Origin: an uncultured delta proteobacterium
GTDB lineage: Bacteria > Myxococcota_A > Polyangia > Polyangiales > Polyangiaceae
DNA length: 64,000 nucleotides
NCBI GenBank assembly: GCA_963782055.1
Contig: CAWAIF010000003.1
Span: 1,568,001-1,632,000, forward strand
Direction: 5' to 3'
In this document: positions 21,253 through 30,044 of the stretch, piece by piece
Layout of the letters: each line of letters starts with the position of its first letter
Position numbering within the stretch: position 1 is the first letter of the stretch
Notes under the pieces: generated by a model
What the model was told of the DNA's origin: nothing
The model's input: the letters and a program-made list of their open reading frames with translations, nothing else
Databases searched by the model: none
Made by a program: the position numbers and the translations under genes

Positions 21253-21733
21253 CCGCATGGCGGTCCTCGTCCTGGAGGGGCCCGTCCGCTACACAGCCGC
21301 GCAGGCGCTCCGCGCGTTCGTCGACGGACCCCTGGCGCACGCGGACGTGGACACCGTCGTGGTGGACCTGCGAAGGGCGACCTTCATCGACAGCACGGGC
21401 ATGGGTCTGGTCGCCCGCGTCGGCAAGTCCACGCTGGAGCGGCACGGGCGGCGGGCCGTGCTGGTCTGCCAGGACAACGACGTCGCCGTCGCCCTCCGCG
21501 CCGCCACGTTCGATCTGCTGTGCGCGATGGTGGAGGAGCCGCCCTACGACGCACAACCGGCTCTCGAGGAGGTCTCGCTCCCGCAGGCGGACGCCGCCGA
21601 AGGGCAGGCGCTCGGCCGCGTCATCCTGGAGGCCCACCGTGACCTCTCCGTGCTCAGCGAGCACAACCGTGACGAGTACGCGAGGGTCATTGCCGCGCTG
21701 GAAGCGGAGCTGCCGCGGGGCAGCTCGTCGTGA
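21212..21733 (+). CDS. STAS anti-anti-sigma protein (RssC-like)
   Basis: VDLRRATFIDSTGMG; C-terminal ILEAHRDL..LSEHNR..Y..V...LE extension; GGAGG RBS. Confidence 0.85.
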   Translation: MPQSRTRALFGLADRMAVLVLEGPVRYTAAQALRAFVDGPLAHADVDTVVVDLRRATFIDSTGMGLVARVGKSTLERHGRRAVLVCQDNDVAVALRAATFDLLCAMVEEPPYDAQPALEEVSLPQADAAEGQALGRVILEAHRDLSVLSEHNRDEYARVIAALEAELPRGSSS

Positions 21734-21758
21734 GGGTTCTGGCGACTCGCCGCGCGGA

Positions 21759-22592
21759 TCAGGGGTCGTCGCCCAGCGCCGCCGCGAGGCTTGCGTCGCG
21801 CGCCCAGTCGCTCCAGCTGCCCTCGTAGAGCATCGCGCCTCCCATGCCCGCGCGCTCGAGCGCGAGGATGTCGTGGCAAGCGGTGACGCCGGAGCCGCAG
21901 TAGACGATGACCGGCACATCGCCGGTCGCGCCGAGGGCGCGGTAGCGCTCCCGCAGCGCGGCGGCGCTCTTGAACCGGCCGTCCTGCAGGTTCTCCGCCC
22001 ACGGGGCGCTCTTCGCGCCGGGGATGTGGCCGGGACGGGCGTCGATCGGCTCGCGCTCGCCGCGGTAACGCTCCCGCGCGCGCGCGTCGAGGAGCAGCGC
22101 CCCGGCGGAGAGCGCGGTGGCGACCGCGCGCTTGTCGACGACCCACGGCGCGCGCGGCGTCGCCTCGAAGTCGCCCGGCGCGACGGCCGGCACGTCACGG
22201 ACGAGCGCGCCGCCCGCCGCGGTCCACGCCTGCAGACCGCCGTCCAGCACCGAGGCACGCGGGTGGCCGTGCGCGCGCAGCAGCCACCAGAGGCGCGACG
22301 CGATCGCGCCGCCGGTGTCGTCGAGCGCCACCACGTGCGTGCCGCGCGAGACACCCGCCGCGCGCATGGCCGCGGCGAGCCGCGCAGGATCGGGGAGGGG
22401 ATGGCGGCCAGGGCCCTCCGGCGCGCTGACGTCCTCCAGGTCGACGAACACCGATCCCGGGACGTGCCCCTCGGCGTAGGCGGCGGCGCCCTGGTTCCCC
22501 TGCATGTACCAGCGGAAGTCCACGACGCGCACGTCGGGATCGCCGGCGTGGGCGAGGAGCCATCCCGCGTCGACGAGGAGAGGAGCGCTCAC
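21759..22592 (-). CDS. sseA: 3-mercaptopyruvate/thiosulfate sulfurtransferase (tandem rhodanese)
   Basis: GHVPGS; GRHPLP; RLWWLL; LDGG; DARARERY.GE.EP.D; YCGSGVTAC; YEGSWSDW. Confidence 0.93.
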   Translation of the reverse strand: MSAPLLVDAGWLLAHAGDPDVRVVDFRWYMQGNQGAAAYAEGHVPGSVFVDLEDVSAPEGPGRHPLPDPARLAAAMRAAGVSRGTHVVALDDTGGAIASRLWWLLRAHGHPRASVLDGGLQAWTAAGGALVRDVPAVAPGDFEATPRAPWVVDKRAVATALSAGALLLDARARERYRGEREPIDARPGHIPGAKSAPWAENLQDGRFKSAAALRERYRALGATGDVPVIVYCGSGVTACHDILALERAGMGGAMLYEGSWSDWARDASLAAALGDDP

Positions 22593-22688
22593 GGCGCGTC
22601 AAGGTAGCAGACGCCGCGCGCCGTGGTACGGTGCCGCGCGCGTCACGCCGTCGTGGACGCTCGTCACCCTGGCTCCCAGTCACCCGAG

Positions 22689-23300
22689 ATGGCCGATTTC
22701 GTCAGGTCCGCAGCGCTGCTGCTGGTGCTCCTCAACCCGTTCCTGGTGATCGTCTACCTGGTCGACGTGGTCGAGAAGCTCCCGTGGAAGCGGTTCGCCC
22801 GGGTTCTGCTCGCCGGGGGGGCCATCGCCGCCGGGGTGCTGTGCTGCTTCGCCATCCTGGGTGACGCCATCTTCTCCAACATGGTGCAGGCGAAGTTCGC
22901 GTCCTTCCAGATCTTCGGCGGCGTCGTCTTCCTCCTCATCGGGCTGCAGTTCGTCTTCCAGGGGCCGAAGGCGATCAACATCCTGCGCGGCGACTCGGAG
23001 CACCTCGCCGGCGCCATCGCCATGCCGGTGCTGATCGGCCCCGGCACCATCAGCGCCAGCGTCATCATCGGCAAGCGGCACGATCGGCTGGTGGCCTGCG
23101 TGATCGTGGCGGTGGCGGTGATCAGCTCCGTCGTCCTCATGCTCGGGCTCAAGTGGCTTCACGACTTCGTGCGCCCGCGCAACGAGCGCCTCGTGCAGCG
23201 TTACATCGAGATCACCGGGCGCATCGTGGCCCTCTTCGTCGGCACGGTGGCCGTCGAGATGATCATGCAAGGCATCGAGTCCTGGCTCGGCAAGTTCTGA
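22689..23300 (+). CDS. MarC-family membrane protein
   Basis: LLNPF; FQIFGG; AMPVLIGPGTIS; VEMIMQGI. Confidence 0.88.
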   Translation: MADFVRSAALLLVLLNPFLVIVYLVDVVEKLPWKRFARVLLAGGAIAAGVLCCFAILGDAIFSNMVQAKFASFQIFGGVVFLLIGLQFVFQGPKAINILRGDSEHLAGAIAMPVLIGPGTISASVIIGKRHDRLVACVIVAVAVISSVVLMLGLKWLHDFVRPRNERLVQRYIEITGRIVALFVGTVAVEMIMQGIESWLGKF

Positions 23301-23302
23301 GA

Positions 23303-24934
23303 TCAGGCCCGGCCGAGCCCGGCGGGGGATGGCTCGATCGACCCTTCCGTCACCGCCTTCAGGCGCTCCACCCACGGCGCGACGTCCACCCCCGCCATCG
23401 AGGCGCTTGGCTCCCCCGCGAACGGGACCGTCGCGATCCTCGCCTCCGGCGCGCGCGCGATCACGGCCTTCACGCGAGGGTCGACGCGCACCAGCTCCTC
23501 GCGCAGGAGCGACTCCGACGTGTCGAGCGGCCACGCCCAGACGGCGACTGACCCGAGCGCCCCGACCAGCGCCGCCCGCGCGCCCGGCGGCGGAGCCGGC
23601 GCCGCCCCCGCGGGCAGCGCGCACACGGCGAGGGTCAGGCCCGGGCCACGCGCCCAGAGCGCCGCCAGCTTCGCCAGGTTGCGCTGCGCGGCGACGCGCC
23701 GCTTGCCGATGGCGGCGAGCGAGCGGGGCGCGGAAAAGACCAGATCCACCTCGTGCGCGTCGGCGACGTGCGCGTGAGGCTGCGCCACGGCGGCGATGAC
23801 GAGGTCCGCCTCGGTGTCGTCGCCGTCCTCGCCGGCGCGCGCGGCCCGCAGCAGCTCCGTCACGCGCTGCGTGAGGCCGAGCGACGCCAGGGCATCCATC
23901 GCCCGGAGGCGCAGGGCGCGCTCGTCCTCGGCGCTCGAGTCCAGCGCGGCGTCCGCGTCCACCAGCGCCGCGCCGAGACCGACGCCGAGCGCGCGGAACC
24001 TGTCGCGAAGCGTGTCCACCTCCTGGCGCGAGGGCGGCTCGCCCAGCATGCGCCGCGCGCGATGGCCGATGCGCTCCGCGAAGGCGGCGAAGACCGAGAG
24101 CGGCGGCGCCGCGCCCTCGGCGATCTCCTTGCCGTTCGCCGCGAGATCGCGCGCGGCCTCCGCCTGCCCGGCGTCCAGCGCGACCTCCGCCAGGAACGCG
24201 AGCGCGCGCGCCCGTCCGTGGCGATCCCCGAGGCGCGTGGCGAGGAGCTCCTGCGCCCCCAGGTGCGCCCGCGCCGCATCCAGGTCGCCGCGCGCGAGGG
24301 CGAGGGAGCCGAGCTGGCCGCGGGCGATGGCCTCGCTCTCCACCAGGCCGAGCCGCCGCGCCAGCTCCGCCGCGTGCTCCAGCACGCTCGCCGCCGCGCC
24401 CTGCGCGCCGAGCACGCCGTAGAGCGTGCCCATGGAGTTGAGGACGCGCACGCGCTCGGGGAGGAGGTCGTCGGAGGCGGCGACGGCCACGGCGAACGCG
24501 TCGAGCGCCTGCTCCGGCTGCCCCGCCGCGACGTACGCGGCGCCGAGGACGGTGCTCGCGGTGGCGCGCACGAGCGCGTCCTCGCCCGCCGCCCGCCCCA
24601 CCGCCGCGATCCGCGCGATGAGCTCGGGGAGGTGCTGGCGTGGACCGCGGCGCGTCTCGGCCACGAGCGACTCGCATCGCGCGAGCGCGCTCGCCTGCGC
24701 CTCGCCGCACGCGGCGAACGCCTCGGCGGCGGCGGAGAGCTCGGTCCCCGCGAGGTGGAGCTGCCCGGTGCGAAGCGCCAGCTCCCCGCGCGCGAAGCGC
24801 AGGGCGGCGCGCTCCGCGGCCGAGGAGACGACGCCCTCGAGGCGATCCATCTCCGCGCGCGCCCCCTCGGGCGCGCCGCCGAGCAGGAGGCGCTCCACCG
24901 TGGAGTGCGGGGCGAGGGGCGCGAGCGGCCTCAC
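23303..24934 (-). CDS. TPR (MalT-like helical repeat) protein with an unassigned C-terminal alpha/beta domain
   Basis: RVLNSMGTLYGVLG, AIARGQLGSLALARGDLDAAR, ARALAFLAEVALDAG repeats; GTGA coupling to the S8 gene. Confidence 0.8.
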   Translation of the reverse strand: MRPLAPLAPHSTVERLLLGGAPEGARAEMDRLEGVVSSAAERAALRFARGELALRTGQLHLAGTELSAAAEAFAACGEAQASALARCESLVAETRRGPRQHLPELIARIAAVGRAAGEDALVRATASTVLGAAYVAAGQPEQALDAFAVAVAASDDLLPERVRVLNSMGTLYGVLGAQGAAASVLEHAAELARRLGLVESEAIARGQLGSLALARGDLDAARAHLGAQELLATRLGDRHGRARALAFLAEVALDAGQAEAARDLAANGKEIAEGAAPPLSVFAAFAERIGHRARRMLGEPPSRQEVDTLRDRFRALGVGLGAALVDADAALDSSAEDERALRLRAMDALASLGLTQRVTELLRAARAGEDGDDTEADLVIAAVAQPHAHVADAHEVDLVFSAPRSLAAIGKRRVAAQRNLAKLAALWARGPGLTLAVCALPAGAAPAPPPGARAALVGALGSVAVWAWPLDTSESLLREELVRVDPRVKAVIARAPEARIATVPFAGEPSASMAGVDVAPWVERLKAVTEGSIEPSPAGLGRA

Positions 24935-25734
24935 GACGCCGCCCTCGCTTCCTGCGCCGCGCGCCAGCGCGCCGCGAGCGCGTGCAGCGACGCCTTGGTC
25001 ACGTCGATGGAGAGCCCGGGGCGCGCGGCCCGGATGCGCGCGACGTGCGCGGCCACGTGCGGGGTCGCGAAGGACGTGCCGGTCCAGCGGCGCTCGCCGC
25101 CGCCGAGCGCCGGCGCGAGCACGTTCTCCCCGGGCGCCACGATCTCGTAGTCGGCGGTGAGCTGCGTGCGAAGCCCCTCCGCGTCGTCGAACGCCGCGCG
25201 CCCCACGCCGATGAGCGACTTGAACTTCCCCGGGTAGGTCCGGAACGCGCCCAGGTTGGGCCCGGAGGCGACGAGCACGACGCCGCGCGTGTACGCCGCG
25301 TCGGCGAGCTCGTACAGGTCCACGATGCCGGGGTAGTCCCCCGGCCGGAGCGGTGCGCTCCGCGGCACGTCGATGCCCAGGCTGAGGTTGACCACGTCGT
25401 AGCGCTCCACGACGCAGTGCCGGATCGCCGCCAGCAGGAGCTCGCGCGTGCACTTGCCGCCCGCGTCGAGCACGCGCACGTCGGCGATCTCGGCCTCCGG
25501 GACGAGGCGGTGGATGATGCCCGCGCAGGCCGTGCCGTGACCGCTCGCGTCGCCACCCTCGCAGGGCTCCGCGCGCGGCTTCCCCTCGCCGGCGCGCATG
25601 GCGAGGTGGCGCATGTTGGCCGCGCGGAGCCACGGGTGGGAAGGGTCGACGCCGGAGTCGACGATGGCGACGCGCACGCCGCGGCCGGACGCCACGATCG
25701 GCACGTCGGCGCCGAAGTCCGCCGGCGCGGTCAC
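24931..25734 (-). CDS. Cytoplasmic S8 (subtilisin-like) serine peptidase
   Basis: Triad motifs VDSGV, GHGTAC, GTSFATP; NLSLG; ASGPN; no signal peptide or prodomain. Confidence 0.92.
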   Translation of the reverse strand: MTAPADFGADVPIVASGRGVRVAIVDSGVDPSHPWLRAANMRHLAMRAGEGKPRAEPCEGGDASGHGTACAGIIHRLVPEAEIADVRVLDAGGKCTRELLLAAIRHCVVERYDVVNLSLGIDVPRSAPLRPGDYPGIVDLYELADAAYTRGVVLVASGPNLGAFRTYPGKFKSLIGVGRAAFDDAEGLRTQLTADYEIVAPGENVLAPALGGGERRWTGTSFATPHVAAHVARIRAARPGLSIDVTKASLHALAARWRAAQEARAAS

Positions 25735-26519
25735 GGGGTGTCCCCTTCGCCGCCGTGCGCGACGCGCTCCAGCCCGCGGAAGTACGCGTCGAAGCGCTCC
25801 AGCACGTCCACGACGAGCTGGGCGTCGTCGGGCCCGCGCGACGCCACGCGGCCGCAGAGCAGGGCGAGGCGCAGGCTGGTGCGGTACGCGGGGTCGAGGC
25901 GCATCGCCCGCACGTGCCGCTCGAGCTGCGCGCCGAGGCGCGTGTCCAGATCGCCGCCGAGCACGTCGGGGAGTGCGCGCGCGAAGAGCTCGAAGAGCGC
26001 CCGCTCGGTCCGGAAGCTCTCCACGGTGAGGGAGAGCACGTCGCCGAGCTGCTGGGCCAGGCGTACCTCGCGATCGCCCGACGCCTCGGCGCGCAGGAGC
26101 ATCACCCCGCCGACCACGCCGCGGCCGACGCGGATGGGCGCGAGGACACAGGAGCGCGGCGAGGACGCGACGGCGTCACGCAGGGGAGCGAGGGCGGGGT
26201 CGTCCGGCTCCAGCGACAGCGCGTGCGCGTCGCCGCCGGCGAGCAGGTACGCGAAGGGCGTCCCCACCGCGAGGAGCTGGAGGTCCAGCTCGCGGAAGCC
26301 TTCGGGCGTGGCGACGACCGGCACGTGGAGGCGGCCGAACGCCTCCAGCTCCAGCGCGACGAGCGCCTCGTCGCACGGCACCGCGATGCACGCGAACTGG
26401 AGCTGCTCGCGCAGGCCCCGCACGCGCGCCTCCACGCTCGCGACGAGCGACGACGACTCGATCGTCGAGAGCAGGTCGCGCAGGCGGGCGACGAAGGCGT
26501 TCTGGGGCTCGCGCGGCAT
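25731..26519 (-). CDS. GAF-like domain protein with a C-terminal helical domain
   Basis: SCVLAPIRVGRGVVGGVMLLR...DREVRLAQQLG (GAF C-terminal signature); no output enzyme domain; coupled to the S8 gene. Confidence 0.7.
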   Translation of the reverse strand: MPREPQNAFVARLRDLLSTIESSSLVASVEARVRGLREQLQFACIAVPCDEALVALELEAFGRLHVPVVATPEGFRELDLQLLAVGTPFAYLLAGGDAHALSLEPDDPALAPLRDAVASSPRSCVLAPIRVGRGVVGGVMLLRAEASGDREVRLAQQLGDVLSLTVESFRTERALFELFARALPDVLGGDLDTRLGAQLERHVRAMRLDPAYRTSLRLALLCGRVASRGPDDAQLVVDVLERFDAYFRGLERVAHGGEGDTP

Positions 26520-26530
26520 GGCCACCGAGT

Positions 26531-28423
26531 CTACTCCGCCACCGCGGCGGGCGCGCCCGGCGCGGGCGCCGTGTCCGGCGCGCGCAGCGCGTCCGCCAGG
26601 AGCTCGCGGTAGGGCGCGCACGTGGCGCGGAGCTCCTCGTGCGTCCCGCGGGCGACGATGCGACCGCCGTCGAGCAGCACGTTGAAGGTGGCGTCGAGCA
26701 GGTGGGGCGCGTGCGTCACGACGATGCAGGTGCGGCCCGAGGCCGCGGCCTTCACCCGGCGCAGGAGCGCCTCGGCGTCGGCGCTCGGGAGGGCCGCCTC
26801 CGGCTCGTCGAGCAGGAGCACAGGGGGCTTGCGCAGCACCATGCGAGCCAGGGCGAGACGGCGGATCTCCCCGCCGGAGAGGTTGCTCTGCGCGGCGCGG
26901 AAGGAGTAGTCGAGGTCGCGCTCGCTCCCCGTCCCGAACTGCCCGTCCAGGCCGGCGACGCGCAGCGCCTCCTCCAGCTCGGTGTCGTCCGGTGTACGGT
27001 CCAGCCCGAGCGTGAGGTTCTCGCGCAGGGAGCGGTCGAGCAGCGCCGAGTGCTGACCCAGCACGCCGAAGACGCGCGGAAGGTCGTCGGGCTCGAGGTC
27101 ACGAACGTCGACGCCGTCCACCGTGATCGCCCCCGCCGTCGGGTCGACGCCGCGGAGCAGCAAGCGGAGGAGGGTGGACTTGCCCGAGCCGCTCTTGCCG
27201 CAGATGCCCACGACGGCGCCGGCCGGGATGTCGAGCGTGACGCCGTCGAGCTGCGGCTTCGGCGATCCCTCGAAGGCGAAGCTCACCGCGTCGAAGCGCA
27301 CGTCGCCGCGCAGGGCGGCGGGGTCGGCGTGGCGCGCGCCCTCGCGGCGCGGCGGCGAGGCGGGCAGGGAGAGCACGCGCGCGCTGGCCTCCAGCATCGG
27401 GCGGCGCTCGGTGAAGCCGATGCGCAGGCCGTCCAGGCCGTCGAGGCGCGCCATGAGGAGGGGCACGAGCAGCACCAGCTTGGCCACGACGCCCGGCGGC
27501 ATCTGTCCGTGCGCGCCGTGGACGCTCTGCAGCACGAGCACGACGAGCAGCGGCGAGAGCGCGGTGAAGGCGCTCTTGATCTGGCCGGTGGAGGCGAGGG
27601 CTGCGGCGTGTCTGGACCGGCCGTCCGCGCACTCCTGGGCGACCTCCGCGAACTCGTCGACCGCCGCGTCGCGCGCGCCGAGCAGCCGGAGCTCCTCGCT
27701 TCGCTCGAGCGTCTCCCCGAGGCGCCCGAACAGCGCGGCGTCGGCGTGCTGCATGGAGGCGTAGGCGGCCGACACGCGCCGGATCGCGCGCTGCGAGAGC
27801 AGCCGTGACAGGACGAAGATGGCGACCCCTCCGCCGAGCGCGAGCCACGCCCCCGACGCGACGAGGTCGTAGCCCAGCACGGCGAGGCTGAAGACGATCT
27901 GCGGCAGGTTGGCCAGCGCCGCGACGAGGAACTCGGCGACCCCGGGCGCGGTGCTCGCGATGGTCACCCGCACCAGGTCCGCTCCCCGCGCGCCCGGGCG
28001 GCCGCGCGGCGTCCTGGACGCCGCGGGAGCAAGGCGCTCGCGATCGGCGGCGGAGGCGCGGAGCGCCGCCCGGAGCATCGCCACCCGGAGCGCCGCGGCG
28101 ACGCGTGCCCCCAGCGTGGTCGAGAGGCGCATGGAGTACATCGTGAGGCCGACGGAGACGAGCGTGGCCAGCACCGCCGCGCCCACGGCCGCCGCGGGGC
28201 CCCCGACGTGGAGCCAGTCGGCGAAGGCGCCGCTCAGGCCGTGCCCCTCTCGCGCCGGCGCGCCCGGCGTCATCACCGCGTCGATGGCGGTCCCGACGAG
28301 CGCCGGCGAGACGCTGGAGGCAGACCCCGCAAGGGCCGCGACCCCGACGATGCCGAGCGCGCCGAGCGCGAGCTTGCCCCGGAAATCAGCCGCCGCGCGG
28401 GTGACGATGAGTCGTAAGGTCAC
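26531..28423 (-). CDS. ABC exporter, fused permease plus ATPase (ABCB type, no C39 domain); start approximate
   Basis: TM region, then GKSGSGKST, LSGGE, LLLDEP, VTH. Confidence 0.9.
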   Translation of the reverse strand: MTLRLIVTRAAADFRGKLALGALGIVGVAALAGSASSVSPALVGTAIDAVMTPGAPAREGHGLSGAFADWLHVGGPAAAVGAAVLATLVSVGLTMYSMRLSTTLGARVAAALRVAMLRAALRASAADRERLAPAASRTPRGRPGARGADLVRVTIASTAPGVAEFLVAALANLPQIVFSLAVLGYDLVASGAWLALGGGVAIFVLSRLLSQRAIRRVSAAYASMQHADAALFGRLGETLERSEELRLLGARDAAVDEFAEVAQECADGRSRHAAALASTGQIKSAFTALSPLLVVLVLQSVHGAHGQMPPGVVAKLVLLVPLLMARLDGLDGLRIGFTERRPMLEASARVLSLPASPPRREGARHADPAALRGDVRFDAVSFAFEGSPKPQLDGVTLDIPAGAVVGICGKSGSGKSTLLRLLLRGVDPTAGAITVDGVDVRDLEPDDLPRVFGVLGQHSALLDRSLRENLTLGLDRTPDDTELEEALRVAGLDGQFGTGSERDLDYSFRAAQSNLSGGEIRRLALARMVLRKPPVLLLDEPEAALPSADAEALLRRVKAAASGRTCIVVTHAPHLLDATFNVLLDGGRIVARGTHEELRATCAPYRELLADALRAPDTAPAPGAPAAVAE

Positions 28424-28498
28424 AAGAGTCCTGCCCAGAGCCCTCGGGCCGTCGGTGACCGCGCACCACAAAGCCTCTCGCGATGCGCTCGCGACCGA

Positions 28499-28507
28499 TG
28501 GTAACCT
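28499..28507 (+). promoter_or_regulatory. Possible extended -10 element in the divergent intergenic region
   Basis: TG-G-TAACCT about 33 bp upstream of ATG 28541; RBS GGAGGAG at 28526-28532. Confidence 0.3.
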
Positions 28508-28540
28508 ATCCAGTCCTTGTCTGCTGGAGGAGCGAAGACA

Positions 28541-28864
28541 ATGAGCGAGGACACGTCTCCCATCTTGGTGGTCCCCTTGCCTGGAGGGCGCGTCGCGCGC
28601 GTCCCCCTGGCCGAGCTCGAGCGGTTCGTCGCGGCCGGCGCGAAGCTCTCGCACACCGGCGAAGAGGAGGCGGCGGCGACCGACCCGGACGGGGACGTGA
28701 CGGCGCACCACCTCAACGTGGACGCCTCCACCGGCACGAGCACCTGGCATACCGACTACGAGTACGGCCCGTGCAGCTATACGGACGAATCCGGCTTTCC
28801 GCACTACGGCTTCGCGTGGCACTGCCACCCCACCGGCAGCGAGTACGCCGAGGTCCTTCGCTGA
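28541..28864 (+). CDS. 107-aa small protein, leader/core precursor-like (DVTAH motif)
   Basis: Strong RBS; GC3-rich codons; acidic linker EEEAAATDPDGDVTAH followed by a His/Tyr/Trp/Cys-rich C-terminal half. Confidence 0.85.
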   Translation: MSEDTSPILVVPLPGGRVARVPLAELERFVAAGAKLSHTGEEEAAATDPDGDVTAHHLNVDASTGTSTWHTDYEYGPCSYTDESGFPHYGFAWHCHPTGSEYAEVLR

Positions 28865-28865
28865 C

Positions 28866-30044
28866 ATGAACGCGGCCAGAACTCTCGCCTCCGGCGCGGC
28901 GCTCGCCACGTTCGTCGCGGCTGGTCCCGGGTGTCTCTCGACCGTCCACCCGCTCGACCAGGCGGGGACGGTCCAGATCTACTCCGACGTCAGCGGGCCG
29001 CTCTTCGCCGCCACGCCCGGCGGGTCGACGCGCCAGCGGTACTCCGAGAACGTGACGCTGGAGCTGACCGAGGACGGGCAGCCCGCGCACAACGCCTTCG
29101 TCGACGTGAAGGTGTCCTCGGCCGCGCTGACGCTCCATGCCACCGACGACACCTGCAAGTTCGACGGCGGCTTCTTCCGCTGCTCCGCCGACGCGCAGGG
29201 GTTCGCCTACTTCCGGGTGGAGGCCGCGTCCAACTGGTCCACCACCGACCCGGCGAAGGTGGAGGCCACCTGGTCGGACAGGTCCGCGACGCTGAATGTC
29301 ACCGTGTTCCCGCCGGGCCTGCCGTCCAACGTGACCGCGTTCTCGCTGAGCGTGGGAGGCCTCGCGGCCGACCAGCACGTGCCCCCGACCTTCGCTCCCT
29401 TCTCGTGCACGTACAAGCCGGCGGACCCGCAGGCCCCCTGGTCGGCGAAGCCGCGCTCGAGGCAGGTCGTCGTCCACGCGGTTGCCGCCGCCGGCGATCC
29501 CGACGTCCTCACCAACGCGCCCGTCGTACTCCAGTCGCCGAGCACCGACGTCCAGTTCTCCACGGCGCCCGATTGCACGCAGCGGTCGTCGCAGCTCACG
29601 GTCTTGCTCGACGCGGCAGGTAGCTCGTCCCCCGCCTACGCGTGCTTCAGCGATCTCGGCGGGACCGTCGAGATCCAGGCGGTCTCCGGCGAGGTGGCGG
29701 CGACCGCGTCGTCGAAGCAGCAGGTCATCGTCGACGCCGAGCCGTACTTCCTGGGCGTCACCGCCATCAACCCGGTGGCGCACGTCGATCAATCGAACAA
29801 CCTGTTCCAGATCGAGGCGCGCGACGCTCTCGGTCAGCGGCTCGCCCTCTCCGTCGGCGTGTCGGCGGCCGGCACCGGATCGATCTCTCTCTCCCAGGCC
29901 ACCTACAAGCTCGCCGACGAATCCGCCGACCCCACCGTCGTGACCGCGATCCCCAAGACCACCGGCGCGGTCCACCTCCACGTCGCGCCGTCGCTCGCGC
30001 CCAGCCTGGGCTGCGACTCCCCAGACATCGACATCCAACCGTGA
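28866..30044 (+). CDS. Predicted lipoprotein, beta-rich (Ig-like repeats possible)
   Basis: Signal ending in GPGC; Thr/Ser/Val-rich beta-strand pattern; 1-bp gap after the peptide gene. Confidence 0.75.
   Translation: MNAARTLASGAALATFVAAGPGCLSTVHPLDQAGTVQIYSDVSGPLFAATPGGSTRQRYSENVTLELTEDGQPAHNAFVDVKVSSAALTLHATDDTCKFDGGFFRCSADAQGFAYFRVEAASNWSTTDPAKVEATWSDRSATLNVTVFPPGLPSNVTAFSLSVGGLAADQHVPPTFAPFSCTYKPADPQAPWSAKPRSRQVVVHAVAAAGDPDVLTNAPVVLQSPSTDVQFSTAPDCTQRSSQLTVLLDAAGSSSPAYACFSDLGGTVEIQAVSGEVAATASSKQQVIVDAEPYFLGVTAINPVAHVDQSNNLFQIEARDALGQRLALSVGVSAAGTGSISLSQATYKLADESADPTVVTAIPKTTGAVHLHVAPSLAPSLGCDSPDIDIQP

Noticed and set aside
23303..25633. ORF track suggests a 776-aa protein overlapping the S8 gene
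   Set aside because: The first ~230 aa are an off-frame reading of the S8 gene. A GTG at 24934 overlapping the S8 stop gives a normal coupled start. The same applies to the extended ORFs 10161-12818, 16955-18970, 19021-21252, 29642-32020, 34254-36362, 53798-55975 and 55986-58661.
28478..28494. TCGCGA-N5-TCGCGA in the divergent promoter region as an operator
   Set aside because: TCGCGA is very common in this GC-rich sequence, so it cannot be told from chance without orthologous promoters.
23303..28864. Assignment to a known RiPP class (lanthipeptide, cyanobactin, ranthipeptide, lasso)
   Set aside because: No modifying enzyme, RRE or double-glycine/C39 pairing is visible; only the protease, transporter and precursor-like peptide are supported.
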